Shown in pieces: positions 28,611 through 37,614 of a stretch of 64,000 nt of DNA (position 1 is the first letter of the stretch; each line of letters starts with the position of its first letter). The stretch comes from a bacterium (GTDB lineage: Bacteria > Zhuqueibacterota > Zhuqueibacteria > Residuimicrobiales > Krinioviventaceae), in the NCBI GenBank assembly GCA_963674595.2, contig CAXXFV010000016.1, positions 672,001 through 736,000 on the forward strand. Reading direction: 5' to 3'. The notes under the pieces were generated by a model, which worked only from the letters and a program-made list of their open reading frames with translations, did no database searches and was not told the origin of the DNA. The position numbers were made by a program, and so were the translations under genes.

Positions 28611-28735
28611 TATTTTCTCCTTTATTGTTCAGGCATGTAAAAAACAATTTTCTATTGATAGTGCGAAAAACAGGACATCTTTTTTCCGATGTTATTATAT
28701 AAAAAATATAGAGATTATACAAGAGTTATGTTGTT

Positions 28736-29500
28736 TTATTGTAATGCAGCTATTATAACAAGATCTTTTTCATTTTTAAATGGCGCTAATTTCAGGTCAC
28801 TGTAACAATTTATGTTTTTAAATCCTGCCGAGTTTAATAGTGTTAATAGTTCTTTTTTTCGATATGGATACAACATTGTGCTTGTTAATTGATTTTCTGC
28901 CGGTTGTTGTGCCCAGTCAATGGTTAACAGGTTGAAGCGAATTTTGTTATCCAAAAAGTCGTAAAAACGAATAAACTCCAGGTTTTCTTTTTTTTGTACG
29001 TTTACAATACGTTCCTGATTTTCGAGAATCCGGTCATAATTTAACAGTTGCAGAACCACCGCGCCATTCGGACGAAGCAGATTGTAAAAAGATGAAAAAA
29101 TATGTAAAAGTACGGTTGGGTCCAGTATATGTGGAATGGAATTACCAACACAGAACACGGCATCAGCTTTTTTCAGGCCAAGCGCATCAATTTTTTCCAT
29201 TGGCGATGTGATAAAATGAATGTTGACACCATAGTTATCGGCATTACTTTTTGCAGCCGTTATCATTTTTTCTGAAATGTCAATGGCAGTCACTTTTATG
29301 CCTTGCTGTGCCAGTAAAATTGAGTGGATACCGTTACCGCAGGCGGCATCTATGGCAGATTGCAGATGAAATTTTGAAATCATCTTTTTAATGTTTTCCT
29401 GCTCTCTCTCCATTCTGTTTGCAAAACGAGTCATGGAATTGTATTGCGGAGCAAGATTATCGTAAAATTTTTCGGGTTTGAAATCGTTTTTATTCATCAT
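28736..29500 (-). CDS. Class I SAM-dependent methyltransferase (glycine/sarcosine N-methyltransferase-like)
   Basis: IDAACGNG, IDIS..M, FCVGNSIPH, LLRPNG. Confidence 0.82.
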   Translation of the reverse strand: MMNKNDFKPEKFYDNLAPQYNSMTRFANRMEREQENIKKMISKFHLQSAIDAACGNGIHSILLAQQGIKVTAIDISEKMITAAKSNADNYGVNIHFITSPMEKIDALGLKKADAVFCVGNSIPHILDPTVLLHIFSSFYNLLRPNGAVVLQLLNYDRILENQERIVNVQKKENLEFIRFYDFLDNKIRFNLLTIDWAQQPAENQLTSTMLYPYRKKELLTLLNSAGFKNINCYSDLKLAPFKNEKDLVIIAALQ

Positions 29501-29502
29501 GT

Positions 29503-30549
29503 CTATTCTGCCGGACCTCTGGCGTGATCATATTTGTCAATATTTTGGTAATAATGCTGGTACTCCTGAGGTGTTATTGAATTTTGCCAAAATCCGGTCA
29601 TACTGGCAATCGTTGAACTGAGCAGGAAAAGAAGAACAATAATCACCGCATATAAAAAACCTTTGAGTTTATATTTATGTGATCGTGTAGACAGGTAAAG
29701 CGTTTTTTCTACGGGACAACTGTCAACACATTTAAAACAGGCATGGCATTCATCGGAAAAGACGTTTTTAGTTCGGTGAACCTGAATGTTTGAAGGACAT
29801 ATTTTGGTACATTTTTCACAGTCAATACATGTTTTCGTGTTTCTTCTGATTTTAAAAGGGCTTGACCAGCTCAGTGATCCCAGAAATGCTCCATAGGGAC
29901 AGAGGTACCTGCACCAGAAATAACGAATTAAAATTGAGAGCAATAACAAAGCGGCTAAAACACGAAATGTTGTTGACGACATGTCACTGAAAAATTGCAA
30001 CATTTTTATATCGGCGACCTTGTTATATGGACTGTAAATAAATTTTTGCAATTGCAAAACATCCATTTGAACAATGACGGCGTACAGGAAAAACAGCAAT
30101 AGGATATATTTGAGGCTCCTTAATGGATAATCAAGCCATTTGGGCAATTTGCGAGGTTTGTCGAAAATAAGAATATGAATTTTTTCCAGGTATTCGGACA
30201 GCAGACCGATGGGACAAATCCAACTGCAAAATCCTTTTTTTAGCAAAACCGCTGTTGCTATAATAACCAAAAGTATAATCAGGCCGGATGGATGTATGGT
30301 GTTGAAAACACCGGTTAAAATCCAGTATTTTAAACTCATTAAAGCGCTGATTGGTAAAAAGGCTTCCACACCCGGTGGACGTATTTGTGTCGGCAGTTGG
30401 CCCTGATCAAGTTGATTGACAAAAATAATAAATTCCAATCCAATCCATAATGTGACAAACAAAAATATAAACTGTACCACTTTACGGTAGTGTTGGATTT
30501 GGGCGGACAGGATCAAGTTTTTTATCTTGTTCAAAATATCATTTCTCAT
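29503..30549 (-). CDS. Membrane polyferredoxin (YccM/NapH-like 4Fe-4S protein)
   Basis: PPGVEAFLP, FCSWICP, WCRYLCP, CIDCEKCTKICP, CHACFKCVDSCP, several TM segments. Confidence 0.9.
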   Translation of the reverse strand: MRNDILNKIKNLILSAQIQHYRKVVQFIFLFVTLWIGLEFIIFVNQLDQGQLPTQIRPPGVEAFLPISALMSLKYWILTGVFNTIHPSGLIILLVIIATAVLLKKGFCSWICPIGLLSEYLEKIHILIFDKPRKLPKWLDYPLRSLKYILLLFFLYAVIVQMDVLQLQKFIYSPYNKVADIKMLQFFSDMSSTTFRVLAALLLLSILIRYFWCRYLCPYGAFLGSLSWSSPFKIRRNTKTCIDCEKCTKICPSNIQVHRTKNVFSDECHACFKCVDSCPVEKTLYLSTRSHKYKLKGFLYAVIIVLLFLLSSTIASMTGFWQNSITPQEYQHYYQNIDKYDHARGPAE

Positions 30550-30904
30550 TTATACCGTGTTTTTTTATTGAAAGAAATATAGTGCGATAAGAAGTTTTTG
30601 TCAAGATAAATGCCAGGAATTGAATAAAATTGTAGCTAAAGGCGTTAGATATATTCAAGTATGATATTTCCAAATGAAATAAAAAAAACAGATGTTTAAT
30701 AAAATAAATAGTTTGATGCTTAACAAAAAATCCTTATCTTACTCGCTTTATAAATGCTGTTTAGAGATTGAAAATGTGCTGCCGGTACAGCTCTTGTGGG
30801 ACATGGGTGTTTATCTAAAAAAATGAATCAAAAAACAGTTTTAACCGTATTAAGTAAAATCGTTTTGACGTTTTGCGTCCTGGTTTAATTATTGTGATAG
30901 ATGA

Positions 30905-31669
30905 ATGATTATAGTTAAAAAAGTTATATTTCCATTTTTATTTCATGTTGGTAATTATACAAAATTACTTTTTAATACTGTTCGGGCATTAGCTGACGTA
31001 CGGACCTATGCCGGAAATGTGACCGGTCAAATGATTCGGATTGGTATCCAGTCCATACCATTGGTTGCTTATATTTCATTATTTATGGGCATGGTTGTGG
31101 CTTTACAGGCTGTTAAGCAATTTACCAGCACAGTCCCTCTTTACATTGCCGGGACTGTTGTGGAAAAAGCAATTTTACAGGAATTATCTTCGGTGATTAC
31201 GGCGCTTGTTCTCGCCGGCAGGGTGGGTGCTTCCACGGCTGCTGAAATCGGGACCATGAAAGTGACAGAACAAATCGATGCGCTGGAGGCTATGGCCTTT
31301 AATCCGATAGCTTTCCTGGTAGTCCCCAGAATAATTGCTGCCGCGGTTATGGTGCCGGTGCTGACCATTTTTTCAGCCGCAATAGCCATTTTGTCCGGTT
31401 TGATAACGTCCGTATCACTGGCTGATATTACAGCCTTTGAGTTTATTAAAGGTCTGCGCATGCACGCGCAAGCCCATGATTTTATACTTGCTTTGTCAAA
31501 ATCTGTGTTATTTGGAATTGCCATTGTTTCCGTTGCCTGCTACCAGGGTTTAAATGCAAAACAGGGTGCCGAAGGTGTGGGCAAAGCGGCAACAAATTCG
31601 GCTGTTATTGCCAGTTTAATGATCCTGACACTGGATTTTATAATGGCAACAATTGTACTTGGCTTATAA
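30905..31669 (+). CDS. mlaE: MlaE-family ABC permease
   Basis: LAGRVGAS.AAEIGTMKVTEQIDALE, LVVPR, GAEGVG.A. Confidence 0.93.
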   Translation: MIIVKKVIFPFLFHVGNYTKLLFNTVRALADVRTYAGNVTGQMIRIGIQSIPLVAYISLFMGMVVALQAVKQFTSTVPLYIAGTVVEKAILQELSSVITALVLAGRVGASTAAEIGTMKVTEQIDALEAMAFNPIAFLVVPRIIAAAVMVPVLTIFSAAIAILSGLITSVSLADITAFEFIKGLRMHAQAHDFILALSKSVLFGIAIVSVACYQGLNAKQGAEGVGKAATNSAVIASLMILTLDFIMATIVLGL

Positions 31670-31683
31670 AAAATATTTAAATA

Positions 31684-32460
31684 ATGATACGATTTGAAAA
31701 TGTAAAAAAGAGATTTGATGATCTCGTTGTTTTAAAAGGAATTGATCTGGAAATACAGAGAGGTATGGTAACGGCTGTTATCGGCGGAAGCGGTACCGGT
31801 AAATCTGTATTGTTAAAACATATCCTCGGACTTTTAATGCCGGATTCCGGACATGTTTTTATTGAGGATGTTCGGGTCAATGCCCTGAGCTATAAAGAAC
31901 TTGTTAACATGCGCCAAAAAATCGGTATGGTCTTTCAAAATGCCGCCCTTTTCGATTCTCTTACTGTTGCTGATAATTTGGCAATGGGCCTAAAGAGGCA
32001 TTCGCGTCTGTCCCGTGACGAAATTGAAAAAGAGATCAAATGGGCCTTGTCCCTGGTTGGTCTTGACGGCGTAGAAGAAAAACATCCGGCTGAGTTGAGC
32101 GGCGGGATGCGTAAAAGGGCCGCTATTGCCAGGGCGCTGGTTATGAAACCGGAAATTTTACTTTATGATGAACCGACAACCGGGCTGGATCCGCCCAGGG
32201 CCGATTCCATCAATTGTTTGATTTCCGATTTAAATAAAAAACTTGGAATAACATCGGTCATGGTTACGCATGATATGTACAGCATGTTCCGGGTTTCTCA
32301 CATGACAGCCATGCTGCATGATGGAGAGATTTTATTTTACGGAACACCTGAACAAATGCTCCATGCAAAGGAGCCCATTATTAAAGAGTTTTTAAAAACA
32401 TCGAGTCAGAGTAATTGGTTAAAGGATTATCAGGAAGAAGAATCTTATGAGTCATCATAA
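31684..32460 (+). CDS. mlaF: MlaF-family ABC ATPase
   Basis: GGSGTGKS, FQNAALFDSL, LSGGMRKR, YDEPTTGLDP, VTHD. Confidence 0.93.
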   Translation: MIRFENVKKRFDDLVVLKGIDLEIQRGMVTAVIGGSGTGKSVLLKHILGLLMPDSGHVFIEDVRVNALSYKELVNMRQKIGMVFQNAALFDSLTVADNLAMGLKRHSRLSRDEIEKEIKWALSLVGLDGVEEKHPAELSGGMRKRAAIARALVMKPEILLYDEPTTGLDPPRADSINCLISDLNKKLGITSVMVTHDMYSMFRVSHMTAMLHDGEILFYGTPEQMLHAKEPIIKEFLKTSSQSNWLKDYQEEESYESS

Positions 32461-33367
32461 AAACGAAATTTTTGTCGGATTTGTCGTGATTGTTGCAATT
32501 GTTGTAGCGATTTTCGGATATTTATTTATACAGGAAATTCCTGTGAAAAAGCAGGGTTATGTCATTACCATTTTATTTGATAATGTAAGCGGTTTAACCC
32601 GCAGTGACCCGGTTACTGTCTCCGGTATGAAAATTGGCCGAGTTCGCGAGATGTCTTTGGTAAAAAACCATGTTGCGGTTTCGGTTTGGCTTGACGGGAA
32701 AATTCCCTATCCCCGTGATTCGCGTGCCGGTATTAAAAGTATGGGTATGATTGGTGAAAAGTTTATTGATTTACAGCCAGGTGTTTCTTCCGAAAGATTA
32801 AAAGATGGTGACACCATTTTAGGTACGTATGTTACGGACCTTGCGGATGCCGGAGGCTCGATAAACGAACTTGTTTCTCAGGCCACATCATTGCTTATGA
32901 AATTTAACGAAACAATTGATCAGAAATCATTGCAACAGGCCCATCAGAATGCTATAACATCTATAGAAAACATGCGTGAAATTTCTGATGCCGTTAATAA
33001 AGATATTGCCGATAATATGCTGTTGTTAAAGCAGACGCTGGTGAATTTTGATTCTATATCGTCAAGTGTGAATAAATTTTGGGCACATGAACGGCAAAAC
33101 GCAGAACTGGTTATGAACAACGTTGCGGCATCAACACAAAACCTGCCAGTTGTTGTGGCCCGTTTGGACAGCGCTCTTGTTGCTACCCAAACCCTGTTGG
33201 CAAAAATTGATCAGCAGGAAAATACTGTCGGAAAATTACTGGCTGATGACGAATTATACGTTAAAGCAAATGAAACCATCGGGCAAATGCAGGTTTTATT
33301 GACAGATATAAAAGAACACCCTGGCCGGTATTTTCAAATGGAACCCAGTTTAATAAATTTGTTTTAG
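32447..33367 (+). CDS. mlaD: MlaD/MCE domain protein
   Basis: N-terminal TM, FDNVSGL....V.VSG..IG.V, G.IGEKFI.L.PG, helical C-terminus. Confidence 0.9.
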   Translation: MSHHKNEIFVGFVVIVAIVVAIFGYLFIQEIPVKKQGYVITILFDNVSGLTRSDPVTVSGMKIGRVREMSLVKNHVAVSVWLDGKIPYPRDSRAGIKSMGMIGEKFIDLQPGVSSERLKDGDTILGTYVTDLADAGGSINELVSQATSLLMKFNETIDQKSLQQAHQNAITSIENMREISDAVNKDIADNMLLLKQTLVNFDSISSSVNKFWAHERQNAELVMNNVAASTQNLPVVVARLDSALVATQTLLAKIDQQENTVGKLLADDELYVKANETIGQMQVLLTDIKEHPGRYFQMEPSLINLF

Positions 33368-33371
33368 GAAT

Positions 33372-33405
33372 AAAAAAAGGGAATATCATTGATATTCCCT
33401 TTTTT
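33372..33405. terminator. Bidirectional intrinsic terminator
   Basis: aaaaaaagggaatatc-att-gatattccctttttt between convergent genes. Confidence 0.9.
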
Positions 33406-33407
33406 GT

Positions 33408-35543
33408 TTAATATACAAGCTTTTCTGCCCAGGGCTTAAACTCGTCTAAAATATTCTCCGTTGTAATTATTTCAAACTGTTTATTTGTGGATTTTGCCAG
33501 TGCATAAATATTTTCTTGCACTTGCGGCGTTAACACATTTTTTTCTGCATCCAGGGGATTGATGATTAGTGTCGGTATTTTGAATGTTGATATTATTTCC
33601 GGCAGATCATAATATTTTAATACGTTGGGTAAAAAAGCTTCCTGTGACCAGGTATAGTTTTCCGATGTTGCCAGAGATTCGAATGTCGCCAGACTGTTGA
33701 TCGTAAAGACCCCGGCAATTTTGTCATCCAGCGCTGCAATGTGTTGTGCAACAACACCTCCCAAGCCGTAACCTCCGACGATAATTTTGTTTGTATCAAT
33801 TTCTGTTCTGGTACGAAGATAGGCCAAACTTGCCAGTCCGTCCCGGATACGCATGGCTAATGTATGGTCACCCATGCCGGCAGAAACATAGGAAAGCCAT
33901 CTGCTGCTGTGTGCCCAGGAGGCAATATCATAGGGCATGTCTGCTGCTTTGGTGTCGCCCCAGCCTCGCAAATCAACTGTAAATACGGATGCCCGTTCCT
34001 GGTCTCTTTTTAAAAAGTGTGCCGGTTCAGACAGCAATGTCTGTTTCCTGAGATCAGTCCAGCGGCCGCGATCGTCAAAGTAGAGGATGGCACCCTTTTT
34101 TTCATCCTGCAAAATCGGATACATAAAAGTACATGGAAGCTCAATGTCTTTTTCCGGGTATAATGTCAATTCTTCCAGATTATGCACCCAAACCTGAGTC
34201 GGTTCGTTTTGTTGTGCTGGTGGAGCTGTTGGCAAGTTTTTACATTCAATGGTCTTTTTTATTTTTTGTTGAATGTTTCGGGTATTTCTGTTATTCTTAA
34301 ATTCTAAGGCCAATACTTTATTTAAACTAAAGATATTGCCATCCAATCCAGGATAACAGAAAAGCATGCTGTCCGGCAGCATTTTGAACTGGTCCGGTTG
34401 AATTTTTGGTAGTTTTCGATCAGGATCTTTTCTGACCCATTTGTCCATCCATTTTGTAAACTTTAATGCCATTGGGATTGTATAGGCGTGTCCCGATGTA
34501 TCTGCAAAATATGAAAATTTGTCATCAATACCGGCCTGTTTAAAAGACTTGTGAACATCATTTGATATTTCGAGACTGTATTCCAGTTTAAAAACTTCAT
34601 CTTTTTCGCCAAACATAAACAGGACAGGTGTTGGAATGGCTGCACATAAAAGGTCGATATTGTCCACACCATTTTTAAAACGGCCATATAACAGCGTTTC
34701 CGTGCAGGGAGCATAAGTATTTCGGATCGGATGATGAGCAGAGGGCAGTGCACAACAGGAGGGACCGGAAGCTGTAATACGGTCGTCCAGCAGTGTTGCA
34801 TACATGGTTGTTGCGCCTCCACCGCTGACGCCTGTCATACCAAATCCATTACTTGTGTCGATATCGGGACGGCTTTCCAGGTAGTCCATACAGCGAATAG
34901 CGTCCATAATAAAATAACGATTTGAAGATGTACCTGTTAAATAACATCGAACCCCATCCGTAAAATGATCATTGCCGCCTTGTTTTTCTCCGGCCATACC
35001 CGGCGGATCAAAAATTACGGCCACATAGCCCAAAGAGGCAAATACCTGTGCCGGTATTTGATAGTTTTTCCGTGTTTTTGAACTATGCCCGACCGGCACA
35101 ACAATGGCCTGCCAGGGCGGGGGATATTTTTCTTTATCGGGCAGAAATACCGATGCGTTTACGTCCCAACCCGGGTAGGATTCGAATAATACATTTTCAA
35201 TTGTGCAATGTTTCAGTTTATGACGAGAAACCAGCCTGACATTGAGTGGTGCACCGTTTTCGCCAAAAGGCATTTCACCCATTTGGTCCTTGATCGTATT
35301 TTTAATATGGTTTTGCCAGCTTTGCCAATCATTTTTTTCAAATGCCTGCATACGTTGAAAAGCGCCTACATCCAAATAGTTGCAGGTTCGGTTAACAATA
35401 TAGGACCGCATCATCATGCGCAAATCCTGAGATGGATTCACCGGCCCAAGCTGAAAAGGAATTTGAGAATAACGCCATTCAATTTCTCCTGCAAAAAGCG
35501 TTATGTGAAATAAAAGGATAAAGAGGGACAAAAAACGTCGCAT
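33408..35543 (-). CDS. Secreted tandem alpha/beta-hydrolase (acetylxylan-esterase-like)
   Basis: Signal peptide. Module 1: VPVGH, D.IR..DYL.SRPD.D, TGVSGGG nucleophile. Module 2: D.RGWG, GGYGLGG. Confidence 0.8.
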   Translation of the reverse strand: MRRFLSLFILLFHITLFAGEIEWRYSQIPFQLGPVNPSQDLRMMMRSYIVNRTCNYLDVGAFQRMQAFEKNDWQSWQNHIKNTIKDQMGEMPFGENGAPLNVRLVSRHKLKHCTIENVLFESYPGWDVNASVFLPDKEKYPPPWQAIVVPVGHSSKTRKNYQIPAQVFASLGYVAVIFDPPGMAGEKQGGNDHFTDGVRCYLTGTSSNRYFIMDAIRCMDYLESRPDIDTSNGFGMTGVSGGGATTMYATLLDDRITASGPSCCALPSAHHPIRNTYAPCTETLLYGRFKNGVDNIDLLCAAIPTPVLFMFGEKDEVFKLEYSLEISNDVHKSFKQAGIDDKFSYFADTSGHAYTIPMALKFTKWMDKWVRKDPDRKLPKIQPDQFKMLPDSMLFCYPGLDGNIFSLNKVLALEFKNNRNTRNIQQKIKKTIECKNLPTAPPAQQNEPTQVWVHNLEELTLYPEKDIELPCTFMYPILQDEKKGAILYFDDRGRWTDLRKQTLLSEPAHFLKRDQERASVFTVDLRGWGDTKAADMPYDIASWAHSSRWLSYVSAGMGDHTLAMRIRDGLASLAYLRTRTEIDTNKIIVGGYGLGGVVAQHIAALDDKIAGVFTINSLATFESLATSENYTWSQEAFLPNVLKYYDLPEIISTFKIPTLIINPLDAEKNVLTPQVQENIYALAKSTNKQFEIITTENILDEFKPWAEKLVY

Positions 35544-35580
35544 GTTTTGTTTCTCCGTATGGTTAGGGATTTTGGGTCGT

Positions 35581-36441
35581 TTATGGTTTTTTTTGATTAT
35601 ATTTATTCATCACAATAAAATCCCCCTGTTTTGCTCCAATACCGTCACCAATAACCTGACATTTAACCGTCAACATGAAATAGATACTTATACCCGCATC
35701 GAACAAGCCTTCGAGATTGCCTTGCCCTTTGGCGATAATGACATCGGCTTTTTCGAATGCTGCCAAGAGTTTTTTTGACGAGGGCGGCCAGATGACGCCT
35801 GGTGAATCTTCCTCTGTTGTAATAACTTGCGCAAATTTATCCATGCCTACGGCTAAAGCTTCTTCCATTGTTGCATCGTTTATTGTGGGCGCCCCTCTGA
35901 CGACAAATGTTACATTCGGGTGGTTAATATGCTCTATAAAAAGTTTATCCAAAACAATCTCACCACAGTTATCTCCAATATAAAGTATGGAATTCGCTTT
36001 CTCAATATCTTTTTCAAGCTGCTCAGAGTGATCAATGGCTATTTGTGATTCAAGAACCCGTTTTATTGTTTCGAAAATGTCCATTTGATGCTGCGGACCA
36101 AAATCAATAACATTGCCGGCAATGGCTAATCTCATGGCTGTTTGAAACGGATGGTCGGAAGTTTTGACCATTTCCTGGAATTTTGGATAAAGAGCCAGCA
36201 TTTCTTGATTATTTTTGTGTTTTACTTCTTTATATGGATCGGGATTTTTAATAATTTCCCGGATGAGGCGGTGCATATCCCGGCCCATGGCTGGTGGCGA
36301 CTGGTGATAATCTGCCTGTGATAGATATTCCAAAAGTTTACGTGCACCGATTTCCTGGATGTCTGACGAAATTATTCCCGATTGGGCAAGCTTCAGATAA
36401 CTGGATATGATGCAGGGTAAACAGTTTAAAGATACATCCAT
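35581..36441 (-). CDS. DUF89/ARMT1-like damage-control phosphatase
   Basis: CLPC, AIAGNVIDFG, DNCGEI..D, P.INDAT, KGQGN.E, VKC. Confidence 0.9.
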   Translation of the reverse strand: MDVSLNCLPCIISSYLKLAQSGIISSDIQEIGARKLLEYLSQADYHQSPPAMGRDMHRLIREIIKNPDPYKEVKHKNNQEMLALYPKFQEMVKTSDHPFQTAMRLAIAGNVIDFGPQHQMDIFETIKRVLESQIAIDHSEQLEKDIEKANSILYIGDNCGEIVLDKLFIEHINHPNVTFVVRGAPTINDATMEEALAVGMDKFAQVITTEEDSPGVIWPPSSKKLLAAFEKADVIIAKGQGNLEGLFDAGISIYFMLTVKCQVIGDGIGAKQGDFIVMNKYNQKKP

Positions 36442-36603
36442 GCAATACTCCTTTAATGAATTATATTTAAAAGTGAAATTTATATTTGATAATATTTGTA
36501 TAAAAATTTATAAATACCAAAAAATATTGTTATATTAATAAAAAAGATTAACTTTCGCAACAGGTTCAGGCTTGCAGTTGGGAATTGAAAGGTAGAGTTG
36601 TAA

Positions 36604-37578
36604 ATGTTGTTTAAAATAAAAAGTTTATTGTTTTTTATCGTGTTACCTGTTTTGAGCATTGCCGGTGAAAAAGCGGTAAAAGAGGCGGATGATTATTTTA
36701 CTATTCAGCTTCCGGATTCCATAAATAGTATTCGAATTTTACAAATTACCGATACACATTTGGGAAAAGACGGATTCTGGAAGCAGGATTTAACCACATT
36801 TAAACGGATTAAAAGATTAGTGGAAATGTATGATCCGCATTTATTGGCTCTAACCGGTGATATATTAACAGGCGGAAAAAAGGACCCACATATATTATCT
36901 GCCTTTATGATAAATTTTTTTGATTCGCTTAAACGACCCTGGCTTTTTGTTTTTGGAAATCATGATCCTGAAGGAGGTTTTAAAAGAGACTCTATCGCTC
37001 AATTTATTGATTTTTCAGAATGGGGTGTTTTAGGTTCTCATAAAACAGGTGTTGGTAATGAAATAAAGTATGATTATGTGGTGAATTTAATAAGTAAGGG
37101 AAACAAACCTGCCTGGCAAATTTATGCGTTTGATTCCGGTTCGGAAAAAGAATTCAAATCTATCAAAGACGATCAACTGGATTGGTACCGAAAAAAATCA
37201 AAAGAAACGGAAACAAAATATGCTCAAATAGTACCGGCTATTTCAATTTTTCATATTCCGCTAAAACAATATCAGGATTTGTGGAACGACGGTTCCATTC
37301 CAAAATCAGGTGAAAGCCGGGAAAAAGTATGTTTTGAACAAGATGACGGCAGGGTCTATGATGCTTTTGTTAAGGTCGGGAATATTAAAGCCACTTTTTG
37401 CGGGCATGATCATTATAATAATTACTGGGGAACATATAAAGGCGGCATTATTCTGGCCTATGGTTATATAAGCGGAGAAGCCACAAACTGGGCCTGGCCG
37501 ACAGGTGGAAAACTTGTTCAACTATCTTATAAAAATCAGAATATAAAAATTGAAAATGTGGTTCCAAAGTTTGAATAA
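36604..37578 (+). CDS. Secreted calcineurin-like metallophosphoesterase (Dcr2/PAP29-like)
   Basis: QITDTH, TGD, FGNHD, FHIP, CGHDH.N, and an N-terminal signal peptide. Confidence 0.88.
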   Translation: MLFKIKSLLFFIVLPVLSIAGEKAVKEADDYFTIQLPDSINSIRILQITDTHLGKDGFWKQDLTTFKRIKRLVEMYDPHLLALTGDILTGGKKDPHILSAFMINFFDSLKRPWLFVFGNHDPEGGFKRDSIAQFIDFSEWGVLGSHKTGVGNEIKYDYVVNLISKGNKPAWQIYAFDSGSEKEFKSIKDDQLDWYRKKSKETETKYAQIVPAISIFHIPLKQYQDLWNDGSIPKSGESREKVCFEQDDGRVYDAFVKVGNIKATFCGHDHYNNYWGTYKGGIILAYGYISGEATNWAWPTGGKLVQLSYKNQNIKIENVVPKFE

Positions 37579-37614
37579 AAATTGTAGGAGTTAATTTTAA
37601 AAAGGTCTTAGAAA

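Noticed and set aside
30770-30890. Possible riboswitch or leader RNA upstream of mlaE
   Set aside because: Only short weak stems (GCTG..CAGC), with no recognisable aptamer consensus or terminator.
36604-37578. Metallophosphoesterase as a fourth member of the ATP-grasp/GGT/FGase system
   Set aside because: Only 36 bp upstream and co-directional, but it has a signal peptide while the other three look cytoplasmic. Linkage cannot be supported without synteny data.
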